DNA of 64,000 nucleotides from Vicugna vicugna (lineage: Eukaryota), in the NCBI GenBank assembly GCA_013265495.1, contig MU058636.1, forward strand, positions 3,149,967 to 3,213,966, in the 5' to 3' direction. Both the position numbers and the translations under genes were made by a program. Of this stretch, positions 36,401 through 49,220 are shown one piece after another. Numbering within the stretch: the stretch's first letter is position 1; each line of letters opens with the position of its first letter. Under the pieces are notes generated by a model. That model was not told the DNA's origin, did no database searches, and saw nothing but the letters and a program-made list of their open reading frames with translations.

Positions 36401-39400
36401 GATGCACCAAGTTTGTGAGTCACTGCCTGACCGGATATGACAAGGAACAGAATACAGCCCCTGCCCTCAGGGGGTTTATAACCATGTGGGAGAGAGAAGT
36501 CACACACAAGAGAGCAAGTAAAGAGCACAGCCGGAGAACTGAGCCGGAAGGGACCTGCCTCCGAAGGCTCGCTCCATCCACCGTCCTCTTCTCAGGGGCT
36601 CCATCCTTTGTGGGAAGTGGGAGATGCTGTCAGGGCAGCAAGGGACACAGAAAAGCCAGTCACACAGAGTGAGAGGGGAGGTGATGGGGGGTGAGAGCAG
36701 GACAGTGGAGGCGGCACAAACCCTTGGTCTCAGAGCGCCTGGGACACCGTCAGTCCCACTTTCCCCTCCAGCGCCTGGGGACCTGGTGTGGGGCTGGCCC
36801 CGCCTTCCTCTGGACATGCAGTGGGCAGAGATTCCTCTCCTCCTCTGTCCTGTTTACCCTTCAACAATCAAGTAAACAGATAAGAGCCACTGAGTCACTT
36901 TCTGCTTCTCGCCACCCAAAGGTCCTGGTTAACGTGGGGCTGGAAGAATTCAGAGGAAAACTGGATCTCCATGGGCACGGCAGGGAGCATAAAGTTTCAT
37001 GGCAAAAGCCAGAGAGACTTCTAGCGGGGGGTGGGGTCTCTGGACAGAAAGAACTGCTTTTCCCTCAACTCTGTATCCGTCTTAACTTCTAGAACAGGGT
37101 CCTACTTTAGATATATCTTGAATGATGGAATCAATCAATGAACGAGTCAGTCAGTCAGCGAGAAAGGATTTGAACTGAGCCCGGGGAGACCAAGGGTGAG
37201 GACCATTTCTCTGCCCAGGGAAAAGCACACCTGACATGGAGCATGTGTTGGTCTGAGCTGTCAGGTGAGGTGGGGGTGATGGTAGAACCCAAAAATAACA
37301 CTCAGAGGACAGTGAGAGTTGCTTATCTGACAAAGGATTCTGTGAGGATATACAAATGGAAAAGCAAATTGAGAGTCCCGAACTCTGGGCTACAGACAGT
37401 GGGTCTCAGCCCGTCTACAATGTGGAGTCACTGACGATTTAGTTCAGGTGAGGACATGGCTCCAAACAGCGTTTCAGGAAGACTTGCTGATGACAAGTGG
37501 AATGGATTCCAAGTTAGGAAGAAATTTGAAAACATCCAGACAAGAGGGGGTTAGCATCCTGGTTACGGGTGGGACAGAGAGAATGGAGAAGAAGGGATGG
37601 ATCCAAGAATATTGGCCAAGGGAGAACTGAAGGGACCGGTGACTGATCTGTCCCGGACGGGAGCAGGCAGCCGGGGGGCGGACGGGCCTGGATGACCCGG
37701 CTTACCTGCTCTCCTGTGACAAGGTGATCCTCCCTGTATTATCCAGTCCATGGAATCTGTCACTAGGCCTTTCTTAACCCCTCTCTCGTCTCACACTTTG
37801 CCTTCTTAGAGCAGCTAGAATGTCAAAGGGAAAAGGGTCAGGAAGGCAAAGACTAAGCCATGCTCCGGGCCCAGGCCTGAGCCTGGGACCAGCGAGGGGA
37901 CAGGACCAGCAAGAATAGGGCCCAGACTGGGGGCCATGTTTCTTTAAGGGCCCCAGGGAGCTGGAGCCACATCAGGAGACGTCTCGAATACCAGGCTGAA
38001 GTGGACTCTTTCCTGCAGGAGATGGGGGATAGCCTGGAGTTTTCCAGGCACGGGATGAGAGTGGCTGCCCGCTCTGGGTATCCCCGACTGAGGCACAGCG
38101 CCCAGAGGCAGAGGGACTGACAGGAGCTGAGCCTGGGCTAGAGGCGGCGGGAAGGAGGCGGCACAGGAAGGGAAGGAGGCAAGGGACTTGCTGCTGGACC
38201 ACGAGCATGAAGGGGAGGCTCGGAGCCGCCTGGAGGCACTCGATCCCCCTCCGCCCTGTCAGCTCCCAGCCCCTGTCAGGCAGCCCTGGGAGTGCAGGCG
38301 CCCGCCGCTGGGCACTGAAGGAGGAAGGGTAGGGGGGTCTTTGGGCTGCTTCCTCCCCATTCCGTGTCCCAGCATAGGCCACCTGGCTGACAGGAGAGCC
38401 TGCCGTCTCTGCCGCAGGAACACAGTCTCACTAAATGATGCAAAAGCCACGCCCCGTGCATTGTGGAGGCTGGAGCAGGACACTCCTGTGATGGCTTCAA
38501 TGCCAGTGCCTGCTGCCCGGGGAAGAGCTCAGCTCTCGCCAGCTCTGTGTCACCCCCGATCAGTGGTCCCTGAAGGATACTTCCTGACTTTACCGCCACA
38601 GAGTCACCTGAGCCAATGGTTCCTCCAGGAGCCTTGTAAGAACATGTCCAAATTCTGACTTTCTGCTCTCCATACAGCTGAAAGGTAACTCTTTAGAACT
38701 CCATATTCTCAAGAAAATGGGGCTCCTTATTATGAAGAAAGATCAACTGCTCTCCCAAGTTCACACTCGCAAAGAGATGAATCTGACAGTCCCAGCCCAT
38801 GCCAGGGTCTCTGTCCTGGACTTAGGGCCACGTCCACCAGGACTAGTTCCTTCTGTAATAAAAAATGCCGTGATATTTGGGCTATTGCAAAGAATATTTA
38901 TATAATTAGAAATATTTATATATTTATAAATATTTAAATATTATTCAATATGTTTATGTAATTAGAAATCCAATAATATTATACGATCACGAGGCATATT
39001 AATAAAACCCACCGTCCAACACAAGACCTAGTGTCTTAGCCAAAGCGCTGATGGTGCCGGTGCACACGTGATTTCAACACAAATCCTCCTGACTCACTGT
39101 TTCCTCCACTGATTCCGGTCTTCCTGAGACTGGGGAAGGCCTTCAGACGCCAGCTCCCCGGCCCTGGAGTGCCCCCCCGCACTGCGCTAAGGACACGATG
39201 AAAGGATGCTGAGTGAGGGTGCAGCACTCGAAACCGGTAAGTAAAGGTATTGTGCACTGTTTTCATCATGGTGACTCATGCAGTTTGGGCGCAATTATCC
39301 TTTTCTTCTTACGTTTTAAGTTTGAAACAAATATGCAAAATTATGCTAATAGGAGAGCTAAGCAAATTATCCATTGCATTTTGAGGAAGCACTCCAGAAA

Positions 39401-40351
39401 ATTATAAAATGGGATCGTCCTTCTGACAAAGCGCTCCAGAGACAGACTTGGAAACAACCGGACAAAACGCACAGTGAACCTGGCCCTAGAGACACGGCTC
39501 TCTGCAGGGCTTCAGTGAGCACGTGTTGAGAGGCTCAGGGAGAAACGAATGTGTCCCCCCCAGCCCCCATGATGTTTCCTCTGGATTCAGAGCCCATATC
39601 CCTGGGCCTGCCCGGGATACAAGGGAGGCTGCTTGTGTGCCAAATCTTCCAAGGGTGTGGGGTCGTCATGTGCAAGGAAACACAGTTATTCCCACAACCC
39701 CACTGAAGCCGTGGTCCATGTGGTCAGCCTCAGACCCGCGTTAGAGTCAAGAAACGCCAGCAATCAACCCCAGGATAACTTCAAAACAATCACGTTCCTT
39801 ATGCGCATCATTTCTTAAACACAGCAACAGAGACACTTGGCCAAAGGCAATACTTGTTAAAATCTCTTAACCGTTTCCATTTAGTCCCCTCACATCTCTC
39901 CTCAAATCTACCTGAGAAATGTCTCCCGGCCACAGGCTGAGCAAGCAAAGAAGCACTCTGACAACAGCAGACCCTTCCCAGTGGACCGGGCGGGGAGGAG
40001 AGGCTCCCGGCCGCAGCGCCCTCCGTGATGGGCTGGGAGGTGGGGGGTGCCTGGGGTGCGCTACCTGACTCATCTCAGCCCACCTTCACTGTTTCTTTCC
40101 TTCTGTGAGTGTGTCTGAGCGTGAGCCTCCGCAGCAGGGGAACCACGTCTGCTGAGGGAATTCCAGCCATAGATGAACAGCTTGGTGAGACCTGTGATGC
40201 CTTGGATGCAACAAGCCGCTGGTCGTGGGAGCTCCCTGCGAGCAGCTCCAGGGGTGAAATCTTTCTGCCACCAGAGGCATAAAGAATCATCGGATCTAAC
40301 TGAACAGCAAGGTTGTAAACACAGGCATCACCAGCAGACACCGTTGGGGTT

Positions 40352-40598
40352 TGTTTTTTTGAAGTACAGTTGCTTTAAAATGTTGTCTTAGTTTCTGGTG
40401 TACAACATAGTGATTCAGTTACACACATATGTATTCTTTTTCATTATAGGTTATTACAAGTTATTGAATGTAGTTCCCTGAGCTGTACGGTAGGATCTTG
40501 CTGTTTTTCTATTTTATATACAGTAGTTTTGTCTGCTAATCCCAAACTCCCAATTTATCCCCCCTTTTCCTCTTTAGCAACCAGGAGTTTGTTTTCTC
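40352..40598 (-). mobile_element. L1 3' end
   Basis: gaagtacagttgc...tttctggtgtacaacatagtgattcagtt...ctgctaatcccaaactcccaatttatcc. Confidence 0.9.
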
Positions 40599-43500
40599 AG
40601 ACACGGTTTTAATAGATGTGGAGAATACAGCCCTCCTGCCCTAGCTCGGGGTCCTAACGTGCTTCCTTTACCGGTGACTCCTTCCACCGGCCACCCCACT
40701 GCTGCCTTGTGCCCTGTCCCCGCCCTCTCGGGCCCTGTGAAAACAATTTTCTGTTGAGCCACCGAGGGAGGAGAGGACTGAGAATCAACCCCTGAATTCA
40801 TTTCTTAAATGCATGAGTTGGCCTTTATTAACTCGGGCCTTGTCTCCTACCGTGAGACTCCCCGCACCGGAACAGTGTCCCCAGGCCCGCTGGAAGGGCT
40901 GGGTGCCCAGAAGGAAAGCTTCAGGGAGATAAGGAAGGTAAAAGGGGACATGAAGAGAGACCCCCTCCTTCTCCCGGGGGTCTGATCTTCCCAGCTTGCT
41001 TTTTCCTCAAAGACAAACTACTCTGGCCCAGTTTCCCATACTGATTGAGTCAAGAGTCCAAACAGTTTAGGGACTGTCAAAACAAGCCCTGCAGACCCGA
41101 CACAGGCAGTCCGCAGAGGTCAAGGCAGCCCCTGCCTCGCCTCGCGCCGTCTCTCCTCCGCGCCGCTTCAGGACCCTGGCGAGATTCCAGCCGCCCTGCT
41201 CCCTGCGGGGCGATCGCCACTGGCAGGTTGCTGTGCTGGGGACTCCTGATGTTAGGCTGGAAGCTGTAATTACCCGGGGTGTAATTTGGTTGCTAAATGG
41301 ATTGTTTACAAAGGTGCGCATGATGAAATCACAGGCATGGCAGCGCGCAGAGACGAGGCAGCCTTCCTCCCCCTCCCTTCTGCCAGCTCGGCTGCTGCGG
41401 ACTCTGACCTCATCCTCAGAGAGTCACCCGGCCCCCGTGACGTTTGGAAATACCTGGCCTTCCTCGCTCAGGTGTCATCAGGCAATGAACCCCGGGCGGA
41501 AGCGGACTCCCCTTGGCACCGCACGGGAGACGGAGCTGTGCTGAGCCACCGGCCCTCAGAGTTAGCTTGGCAGGAAAATGGGCACAGCGGGAGCCCCAGG
41601 GGTCCGATGGCAAGGTCAAGGTGACGGGGCTCATTCCAGGCAGGTCGTGGAAATGGGGACAGTCCCATTAAAGTTGCAGGGCACCAAAGGGCATTAACCT
41701 CTCTGCAGCATGGCTAAGATGTCAGAAAGTCTTTCTGAGATCAGACAAATGACTTGTCAAAGCAAGATGACATCCAGTAGGGGCAGGGACAAAGACCAGG
41801 TTTCCTCATCTGGGAACCTGGAAGGAGACAGAGACTCAGAATATGAATAATGGGTTCCATTAATAAAAAGGCCTTTGGGGTCAGATCATATCTCAGGTCA
41901 AACAGGCCCTTGTAATGAAATGCTATTTTAAAACAAAACAAAGAAAAGCCTCAATGTAATCAGTGGGTGTTTATGTCAAACTGAAGAGTAAAAGAATTTA
42001 AAACAAATGATCTTTCTAGTTCTCAGAACTGAAATTTTGGAAAGGCATGGGAAAATTAGAGTGCGTTGGTGAAGAGGAAATAAATAACTAAAGGTTTGGA
42101 AAATTGAGCGGATGAAGAAGTGGTTAAGAACTGAACAGTATTCACAGAAGCAGGTGAGAGGGGCTCGACCTTCAACGCACTCAGGGTCTCACAAATTCTA
42201 GGCACAGTGATGCTGAATCCATCTGACACGGGTGTCTCTGGACCCTGTCCCAGGAGAGTGAGTTATTAAAGCATTGAGATCATATTATCACAAATTTCAT
42301 CTGCAAAGTGGTCCCACTCTGCCTGCAAGAAACCCACAACAAGGCTGGCAGCAGGGTGACCACGAACCAACTCCTCTCTCTGCCGACAGCGACACTTAGA
42401 GAACACACTCGGCACCCGCGAGACGCCGGGCGTGCCCGGAAGCCTGGGCGTCCACACTGAGCAACACCACTGGCTCCATCTTCACCCTTGAAGTGAGTCA
42501 TAATGAAGGAAGCCCTTCCTAAGAGCATGGAGGATAAAATCCACCAGTAAATTCCAATCGTCAAAGTTAGGGGCCTTAAAAATGGAGAGGATGACTCTGC
42601 ATTTTAGCTGGAGGACAAAATCTGACCCTAAGGCCCCTCCTCCTCAAGCAGCCAGTGGACGATCCTGAGATTCTTCAGAAGCACTCTCCTCTCAGGGACC
42701 TGCCCCTCCTCTTTCCAGGCTGCAAAGTGGTTCCACGCAGCAAATAGGAGTGACGGCCGTCTAGTCCTGCCATCGTCTGTCTCTTCAGTCTGGCCTGAGT
42801 GCTGACTTTGAGCTTGGGGTCCAGAACCTTCCAGCCTGTTTTCTGATGAGGTGGACAGTTTGGATCTAAGCCAGCCCCTAACCGGAGCTGGGGTCCCGAG
42901 GGTCCCACCACTGCCAGCAGGGAAGGAACAGAGGAATACATACCCTGATTCCTCTCTCCTCTAGCCAAGGCCAAGCCCAGCTGGAAGCAACAGGACAGCA
43001 GAGCTGGGGTGACACCGACCACAGAGAAGAGCCCCTGGGGCACTGAACAGAGTGGAGAAGGTGAAGAATGAATGGGGAGTTGGGGGACAACTGGAGACCG
43101 GCCAGCAAGGATGGTAAAACATGGAGCCAGGATTGGGAATGACTGGAGCATCCAGCTTTTCCCAGTGAACACAAGAAGGCAGAGCATTTGTTGCGGAAGA
43201 GCAAGCCCCAGGAGGACTTCAGATCCAGCAGCCTTTGGGCAGTCCAGGAGAACAGCTTCAAGTAACAGCTTCAAGTGTCCTGCCCTTGCCATCATCCACC
43301 AAGACCCAAGGAGATCTGGCTGTGATCTTGAGTCCCCACCCCCCGCCCCACCCCACAACAGCCTAGGAGAGCGCATGTGTGTCAGTCGCTGGGAAACACT
43401 CCTGTAGCCGCATCATGCCTGCCCCAGCAGGTCCAGGTCCGCAGCACGTGGCCTGGAGGGAGAGTGGGACACAATACGTATTCTGTTCCCCAAACACTGT

Positions 43501-44406
43501 CTCATTGCCTTCGCTCGGGATGGCCCCTCTGTTTCTGATATTATGCTGTAAAACTCAGTGCATTCGGTCCATCTGGATTCAGATGAGCCAGTATATTCAG
43601 CAGAGACCAGAGATTCAACAGCTTAGCAACTGGGGAAGGAGAGAGAGGGCACCTGGGAGGTGGGGAGCCGTGTGGGAACGAGGGGATGAAAGAGATCTGG
43701 AAAATTTTGTACAATCCCAACAGGAATGGCCACTGAAGATGCTGAACATTTCTGATGGAGAGAGAACAGCTCCTGATGATAAAAACCATTTCAGCTTTGC
43801 TCAGTTATAATCCCTAGATTACCGCCCCCTCCTTCCAAAAAACAAAAACAAAAACAAAAACACACTTTTCCATTAGAGTCAGAGCCCTCGATTTCTTTTT
43901 GGATTGAAGAAAGCCAACTTCAAGAATGACTGCATTCTTCATTTAAACCAAATCCAGAGCCTCAGCTGTGCCTGCAGACATTTTGTCTCCTCCTGGCTTC
44001 TGCTCGGGGCTCCATCTAGCGTCCACCCGCGGAACTACACTCTCCATCCTGCTGCTTAAAGAGCCTTTCCTCGTAATGAGCTGGTTTCACAGAAAATCAT
44101 GAGACTTGATAGGAAGGGGGAAAATTGGCCTCTGTTGCAGACATTTTTCAAAAGTGGTTGAGCAAGAAAGACTTCCCATTTATTGGATTTCACACATGAT
44201 TTTGCTTGAGCCAAACCAAAGACTCATGACTCTTAAAAACAATAAACAGGCAGAGAGCAGTGTTTGGGCAATTTTCTCACAGCTCTTCTGTTTTTAGGAA
44301 AGTCGTCTGTGCGGACGCATAAAAATCTGACTGATCTGCATATGGAATAGCAGTGCACAGTTTTCAGGGTCAGGCCTCAAACCGCTTAAGACTTACCGAA
44401 GCCTCG

Positions 44407-44769
44407 GTGATGGACTGAATTTTGCCCCACCCCAAATTCAAATAAGCCCTCATCCCCAGGACTTCAGAGTTTAACCGTATTGGAAACGAGGTAATTAAGT
44501 TAACAGGAGGTCTGTAAGGTGTCCTCATCCAGTCTGACTGGTGTCCCTGTAAGAAGAGGAAGTTTACCGACTGTGCAGACAAAGGGGGGAAAACCAGTTA
44601 AGAACAGAGAAGGCAACACCCACCAGCCAAGGGGAGAGGCCTCAGGAGAAACCCACCCTGCCAACTTCTTGATCTTGGACTTCCAGCCTCCAGAGCTGTG
44701 AGAAAATAAACTTCTCTTTAAGCCCCCAGCCTGTGATGTTTTGTTATGGTGGTCCTAACAAGCTAATAC
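44407..44769 (+). mobile_element. MLT1A/B-like LTR
   Basis: tggactgaattttgcccc...ctgactggtgtccctgtaagaagagg...gatcttggacttccagcctccagagctgtgagaaaataaa...ctaatac. Confidence 0.92.
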
Positions 44770-45194
44770 CATCCCTAAACTTTCTTCTCCCCCTAAGCTG
44801 GGCAAATACTGGGACACCAGAGGAAACACTGATCACACTGATGGTAAGAGTGACCAGTGCAAGCTTTGTGCTTCTGTATTTAATACACAATGAATCCTGA
44901 ACCTTGAAATGGTGGGCAAGAGCTTTGGGAACCCCCTTAGCCCATTCCTCCCTCCTATCAGTGGGGGAGCTGGTAAGCATTAAACCTCTCCCAGAACTGG
45001 GTTGCTGGGTAGAGGTTTAGGGGACTCAAGACCTTCAGAAGGGCAGGTGGGTGACAGATCTGCCTCTGATCATAACTAGGTGTGTAAGCTTTGGTAAGTT
45101 ACCGCACCCCTCTGAGCCCGGATCTTGTCCTCCGGAAGATGAGGGCAATCGGGTTGCTGGAGGAATTGAAGGTGCTTGTTTAGTATGAGGCTTA

Positions 45195-45237
45195 CCACCT
45201 GCTCAGGACACTTCCACCTGCTCAGGACATTTCCACC
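45195..45237 (+). repeat. 19-bp tandem repeat, ~2.3 units
   Basis: ccacctgctcaggacactt / ccacctgctcaggacattt / ccacc. Confidence 0.9.
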
Positions 45238-45489
45238 AGCCACACCTAAGCAGGGACGTGAAAATCAGAATCAGACTTCCTAAGGAGAAGGGGTGCAGAA
45301 CCCCGACCTCCCTCCCCGCTTCCTTGAAGAGGAGCGGGGTTGAGGAGCTGGTTACCGGGACGCAGACGTTTAAACAGCCCTGTTGCCCCTCCTGCAGGGC
45401 GCAGTGGACGTCTGGATAAAAGCCAACTTTAGAAAATTGCTTCCAGTGGCCTTTGATATCAAGAACCCCAGTGAAAGATGGATCTATTA

Positions 45490-45960
45490 GCATAGCGGCC
45501 TTTGGCTAGAAATTTGGGGACGCAGTTCTTTAAGGCACTGAAGCACGAAGGCTGCAGCGGGTGCGCGAGGAAAGGGCATCCGCCGCGAGGAGCCAGACTC
45601 CCGGAACCGCAGCGCCGACTCAGCCGTTTCCAAGTGAGATCAATCTCTGGCAGCGCCGTTTCCTGCGCCGGCGGCTCCGGCCCATTAGTGACTCCGCGAC
45701 CCGCTCCGCAGGCGCCGCCCCGCGCGCCCCGCCCGGCGCGAGGTCCGCCAGCCCGGCCGGGCCCCCGCAAGGTCCCCCCGCAGGGACCCCCGGCTCCCCC
45801 TGGCGGACACCAGCTCCCGGAGCTCGCAGCCGGTTCAGCTTGTCATCTGCAGTCATCATCGGGGGCGGTTTTCCAGCTAAAACACACGTGCGCGCGCGCG
45901 CAAATAGAAAACAGCTGCGGGCTTTTCCCATTGGGCGCCTCAGAGATCTCGGTGGCAAGA
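45490..45960. promoter_or_regulatory. CpG island with promoter-type motifs
   Basis: Very GC- and CpG-dense unique sequence. GC box gggggcgg at 45861, E-box cacgtg 45885-45890, NRF1-like tgcgcgcgcgcgca 45889-45902, reverse CCAAT ~45930. Confidence 0.8.
45791..45809 (-). promoter_or_regulatory. Candidate CTCF site
   Basis: Reverse complement TGTCCGCCAGGGGGAGCCG versus consensus TGGCCACCAGGGGGCGCTA. Confidence 0.55.
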
Positions 45961-47331
45961 TTCTCACAGTCAAAGGCGTGAAAGAACAGAGATGCAATAA
46001 AAACGGGAAAATGGGTTAGGCCCGAGAAGTGCAGGGAATGTTCTGTAACTGAATGCTATGTACGGAACAGCAACAAACAGAACATTCAGTGTTCCGTCCG
46101 GACTTATCTGCCCCGGGGAAATAGAAGTGGGTTGAATTTCTCTCCTGGAACCACTGTATATTTGGCACGGCATGAATGCCTGACAGTCAGCCGGCTTTCT
46201 TAAATGTATTGAATATACAACCCGACTGGTGAAGGCTTCTGTCTGTAGGCTCAACGGGAAGATAGTTCAATGAAAGCACCATAAACTTTTGGAGTTTCAT
46301 TTGTTGCTTTGATGGAAACAGAAATGATAAGTAAAATGTGTTTATGTGAACATCTGAAAAACATCTTGTGTTTTATTCCCCTAATAAAACATAAATGTGG
46401 AAAACGTCTACGCGTTTCAGCCATCTGAGTCAGGCAGTCAGCCCCGTGTTGTGGCCCCTGTCCTGTGATTCGCGCTGTGAGTGGGCCGCTGTGAGGTCAG
46501 CCGTGCAGTGGGATGTCACAGAAGCCCCGGCAGCGGCGGTACTGAGGCTCTGAACGGAGCCGCTGGCACTGGAAAGAGAAAAAAGAGGAGGAGGAGGAAG
46601 CCAAGGGAGGGGAGGAGAGATTCTTGTTTTCTTTTCAAACTCAATTGACAGACATATCTCTTGTGGACCCAATCAGGATGCGTCCCTCTGGGCCTGGGGA
46701 AACCAGAGAGGCAGCGAAGCTAAGTGGGATGAAGGTTCTCCTGGTTGGTGCAAGGCCGGGCTGGCCTCGGAGGATGTCTGTTCGCCCGTGCTTAACCACG
46801 TGGGGACCATCTTCTGCCATTCCTGAGAACCATGAGCATGGATGGTCCGGGCTTTCTATCCACCCCTCCGCCTGCCAGAGCAAGTAGGCTACACTGCCGG
46901 CCTGGGGGGCCTGGCCCACTCAGCTATGCCCCAGAGGAAGAGCCGGGGGCCCGAGGTTGACATATACCTAAGGCAGCAGAGACTTTCAGAAGTAGGAGAG
47001 GGGAATAACCTTGAATGTACATAATTTGGATGAAAATGGTCTATGGTCTGTTTTAGCCTTTGTGTTAAGCCTTCAAATCAAGTCATCGCACCTTCACAAG
47101 TGCTTTCTCATGTGAGAAAGACAAAGACCAAGGAATGAAGGTAACTTGCTACCCATATATTGGTGAAAGAACAACTTTTCTTACCTGATCGCGGCTACTT
47201 CACACCACAGAGAGCCAGTGTCACCCGGTCATTGCGTGGCAAGTGTGAAATACCTGTTGTGGCCATTCTGGCCATGAAAGTCTGACATCTTCGTTATCTG
47301 AAGATGTGATGGAACCATGCATACTTTACAT

Positions 47332-47515
47332 CAGTGATTCTCAAAGTGGGGTTCCCAGAGGGCAGCAGAAGCATCACCTGGGAACTTAGTAATGTAGACT
47401 CTCAGGTCTCCTCCTAGACCTACTGAATCAGAGACTCTGAGGGCGGGCCCAGCCACCTGTGTTTTAACAAAACGTCCAGGTGATTTGGAGGCTCCCTGAA
47501 GTTTGGGAACCCCCG
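47332..47515 (+). mobile_element. MER5A
   Basis: cagtgattctcaaagtgggg...agcatcacctgggaactt...agacctactgaatcagagactctg...gttttaacaa...aagtttgggaacc. Confidence 0.92.
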
Positions 47516-48016
47516 CTCCACACCGTATCTTCCCTGTGGGGTTAAGTATTTACCTTTGATGTGAAAGTCAGAGTAAATCCATGAGTGATGGGTTTAAAGG
47601 AGGGCTTGGAATGTGGGAAATAAAGCTTGATACATATTAAATCATCGCTCCCAGCTCCTACTCAGCGCAAGACACGGCGTCAGTCAGCAGAGAGCCTATG
47701 AGAGACCTATAGGAGGAAAGGGGTGGGGAACAGGCTTAATGGAACCTGGAGGGGGTTTCTGTTGATGGGCCACGGGGCTCTGCTTTCAGCTGGGCCCGCT
47801 GAATATCTTGATCACTAAATAAATCACTTATTTAGTATTATCACTGATAAAATTTACAGATTTACTTTAGTTCATAGAAATCCTAGATGTTTGGTGATAG
47901 ATCTGAGAAGATAGCCACAGGATTGGGACGATGGTTTAAGCTAATAGCGTGTCATTCATTGGGGATAATGTACTGCAGTCAGGACCAAGCAACCACAGCA
48001 CCAATGCAAATTAATT

Positions 48017-48615
48017 AGAAAACTCTAATTTGAAAACAGACATGCACCCTAGTTTGCATAGCAGCACTGTTTACAATAGCTAAGACATGGAAGAAACCTA
48101 AACGTCCATTGACAGATGATTGCATAAAGAAAATGTGGTAGATATATACACAATGGAATACTACTCAGCCATAAAAAGGAATGAAATAAAGCCATTTGCA
48201 GCAACATAGTTGGACCTAGAGATTATCATATTAAGTGAAGTAAATCAGTCAGAGAAAGACAAATATGATATCACTTATATGGGGAATCTTAAAAAATGAC
48301 ACAAATGAACTTATTTATAAAACAGAAAGAGACTCATAGGCATAGAAAAAAACTTATGCTTACCTAGGGGGAAAGCAGGGAGGGAGGGATAAATTGGGAG
48401 TATGGGATTGGCAGATACAAACTACTATGTACAGTATAGATAAACTGCAAGGTCCTACTGTATGGCACAGGGAACTATATTCAATGGCTTGTAGCAACCT
48501 GTAATGAAAATGAATACACATATATATATATAACTGAATCACTATGCTGTACACCAGAAACTAATACAACATTGTAAATCAATTATACTTCAATTTAAAA
48601 AATATTTTAAAAAAA
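48017..48615 (+). mobile_element. L1 3' end (camelid/cetartiodactyl type)
   Basis: aaaactctaatttgaaaa...acaatggaatactactcagccataaaaagg...gctgtacaccagaaactaatacaacattgtaaatc plus A-rich tail. Confidence 0.93.
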
Positions 48616-48853
48616 GAAGATTGAAGTGATGCAGCCACAAACCAAGGAATGCCAGCAGCATCAGAAGCTGGAGGAGGCCACAGACTCCCCCTCAGAGTCT
48701 CTGGAGGGGCACGGTCCCACTGACACCTCGATTTTGACCCAGTGATACTGATTTTGGAATCCTGGCTTCCGGAAGTGCGAGAGAGTACATTTCTCTTGCT
48801 TTAAGCCACCACGCTTGTGGTCATGTGTTACGGCAGCCACAGGAAATTAACAC
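48616..48853 (+). mobile_element. MLT1C/D LTR 3' half
   Basis: gattgaagtgatgcagccacaaaccaaggaatgccagcagcatcagaagctggaggaggc...tgttacggcagccacaggaaattaacac. Confidence 0.88.
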
Positions 48854-48864
48854 GGGGAGAGAGG

Positions 48865-49220
48865 AGAGCGTTCTGTTCCATCCTTCACTTGGCAGGGCTG
48901 TGTTTAGCTCTGGGCATCACCCATGGGAGATATTTTTACCAAAAGAGACATTAGGAGTTGTTCTGAATGGTCCCAAGAGGAAAGTTAAGTCAACAGCTGT
49001 AACCAACAAGGTGACAAATTTCAGCTTAAAATAAGAAAGCGACCTCTGCACAAAGAGGGAATAAACAGCCTTAAAGGGTAGTGACCCCACCGTGCCTGAA
49101 GGTATTCAAGCAGAGACTGAGCAGCACTCGTTAGGAATGTGAATGTTGTGAAGGGAGTTTAAGCCCCAGAGGCTGGGTGGATTGGAGGCTGCGTAAGTTC
49201 CCTTGGACCCGGGGATTTTA
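48865..49220 (+). mobile_element. L3/CR1 3' fragment
   Basis: tttcagcttaaaataagaaag...gggtagtgaccccaccgtgcctgaaggtattcaagcagagactg resembles the L3 3' end. Confidence 0.65.

Noticed and set aside
38890..39005. Very AT-rich patch as an origin or matrix-attachment element
   Set aside because: Short low-complexity tract with no further support.
42675..43376. Longest ORF (233 aa, minus strand)
   Set aside because: Low-information Leu/Gly/Pro-rich translation with no domain, and overlapping ORFs in other frames; consistent with chance.
45195..45237. CRISPR-like or functional repeat array
   Set aside because: Only ~2.3 adjacent units with no spacers; a simple local duplication in a mammalian genome.
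45459..46019. Four overlapping 100-160 aa ORFs in the CpG island
   Set aside because: Stop-codon scarcity in very GC-rich DNA explains them; they are Pro/Ala/Arg/Gly-rich with no homology recognised.
21843..48011. Recurrent octamer (ATGCAAAT/ATTTGCAT) hits across the window
   Set aside because: A handful of AT-rich 8-mers over 64 kb on two strands is close to chance expectation; only the clustered one at 25821 was kept.
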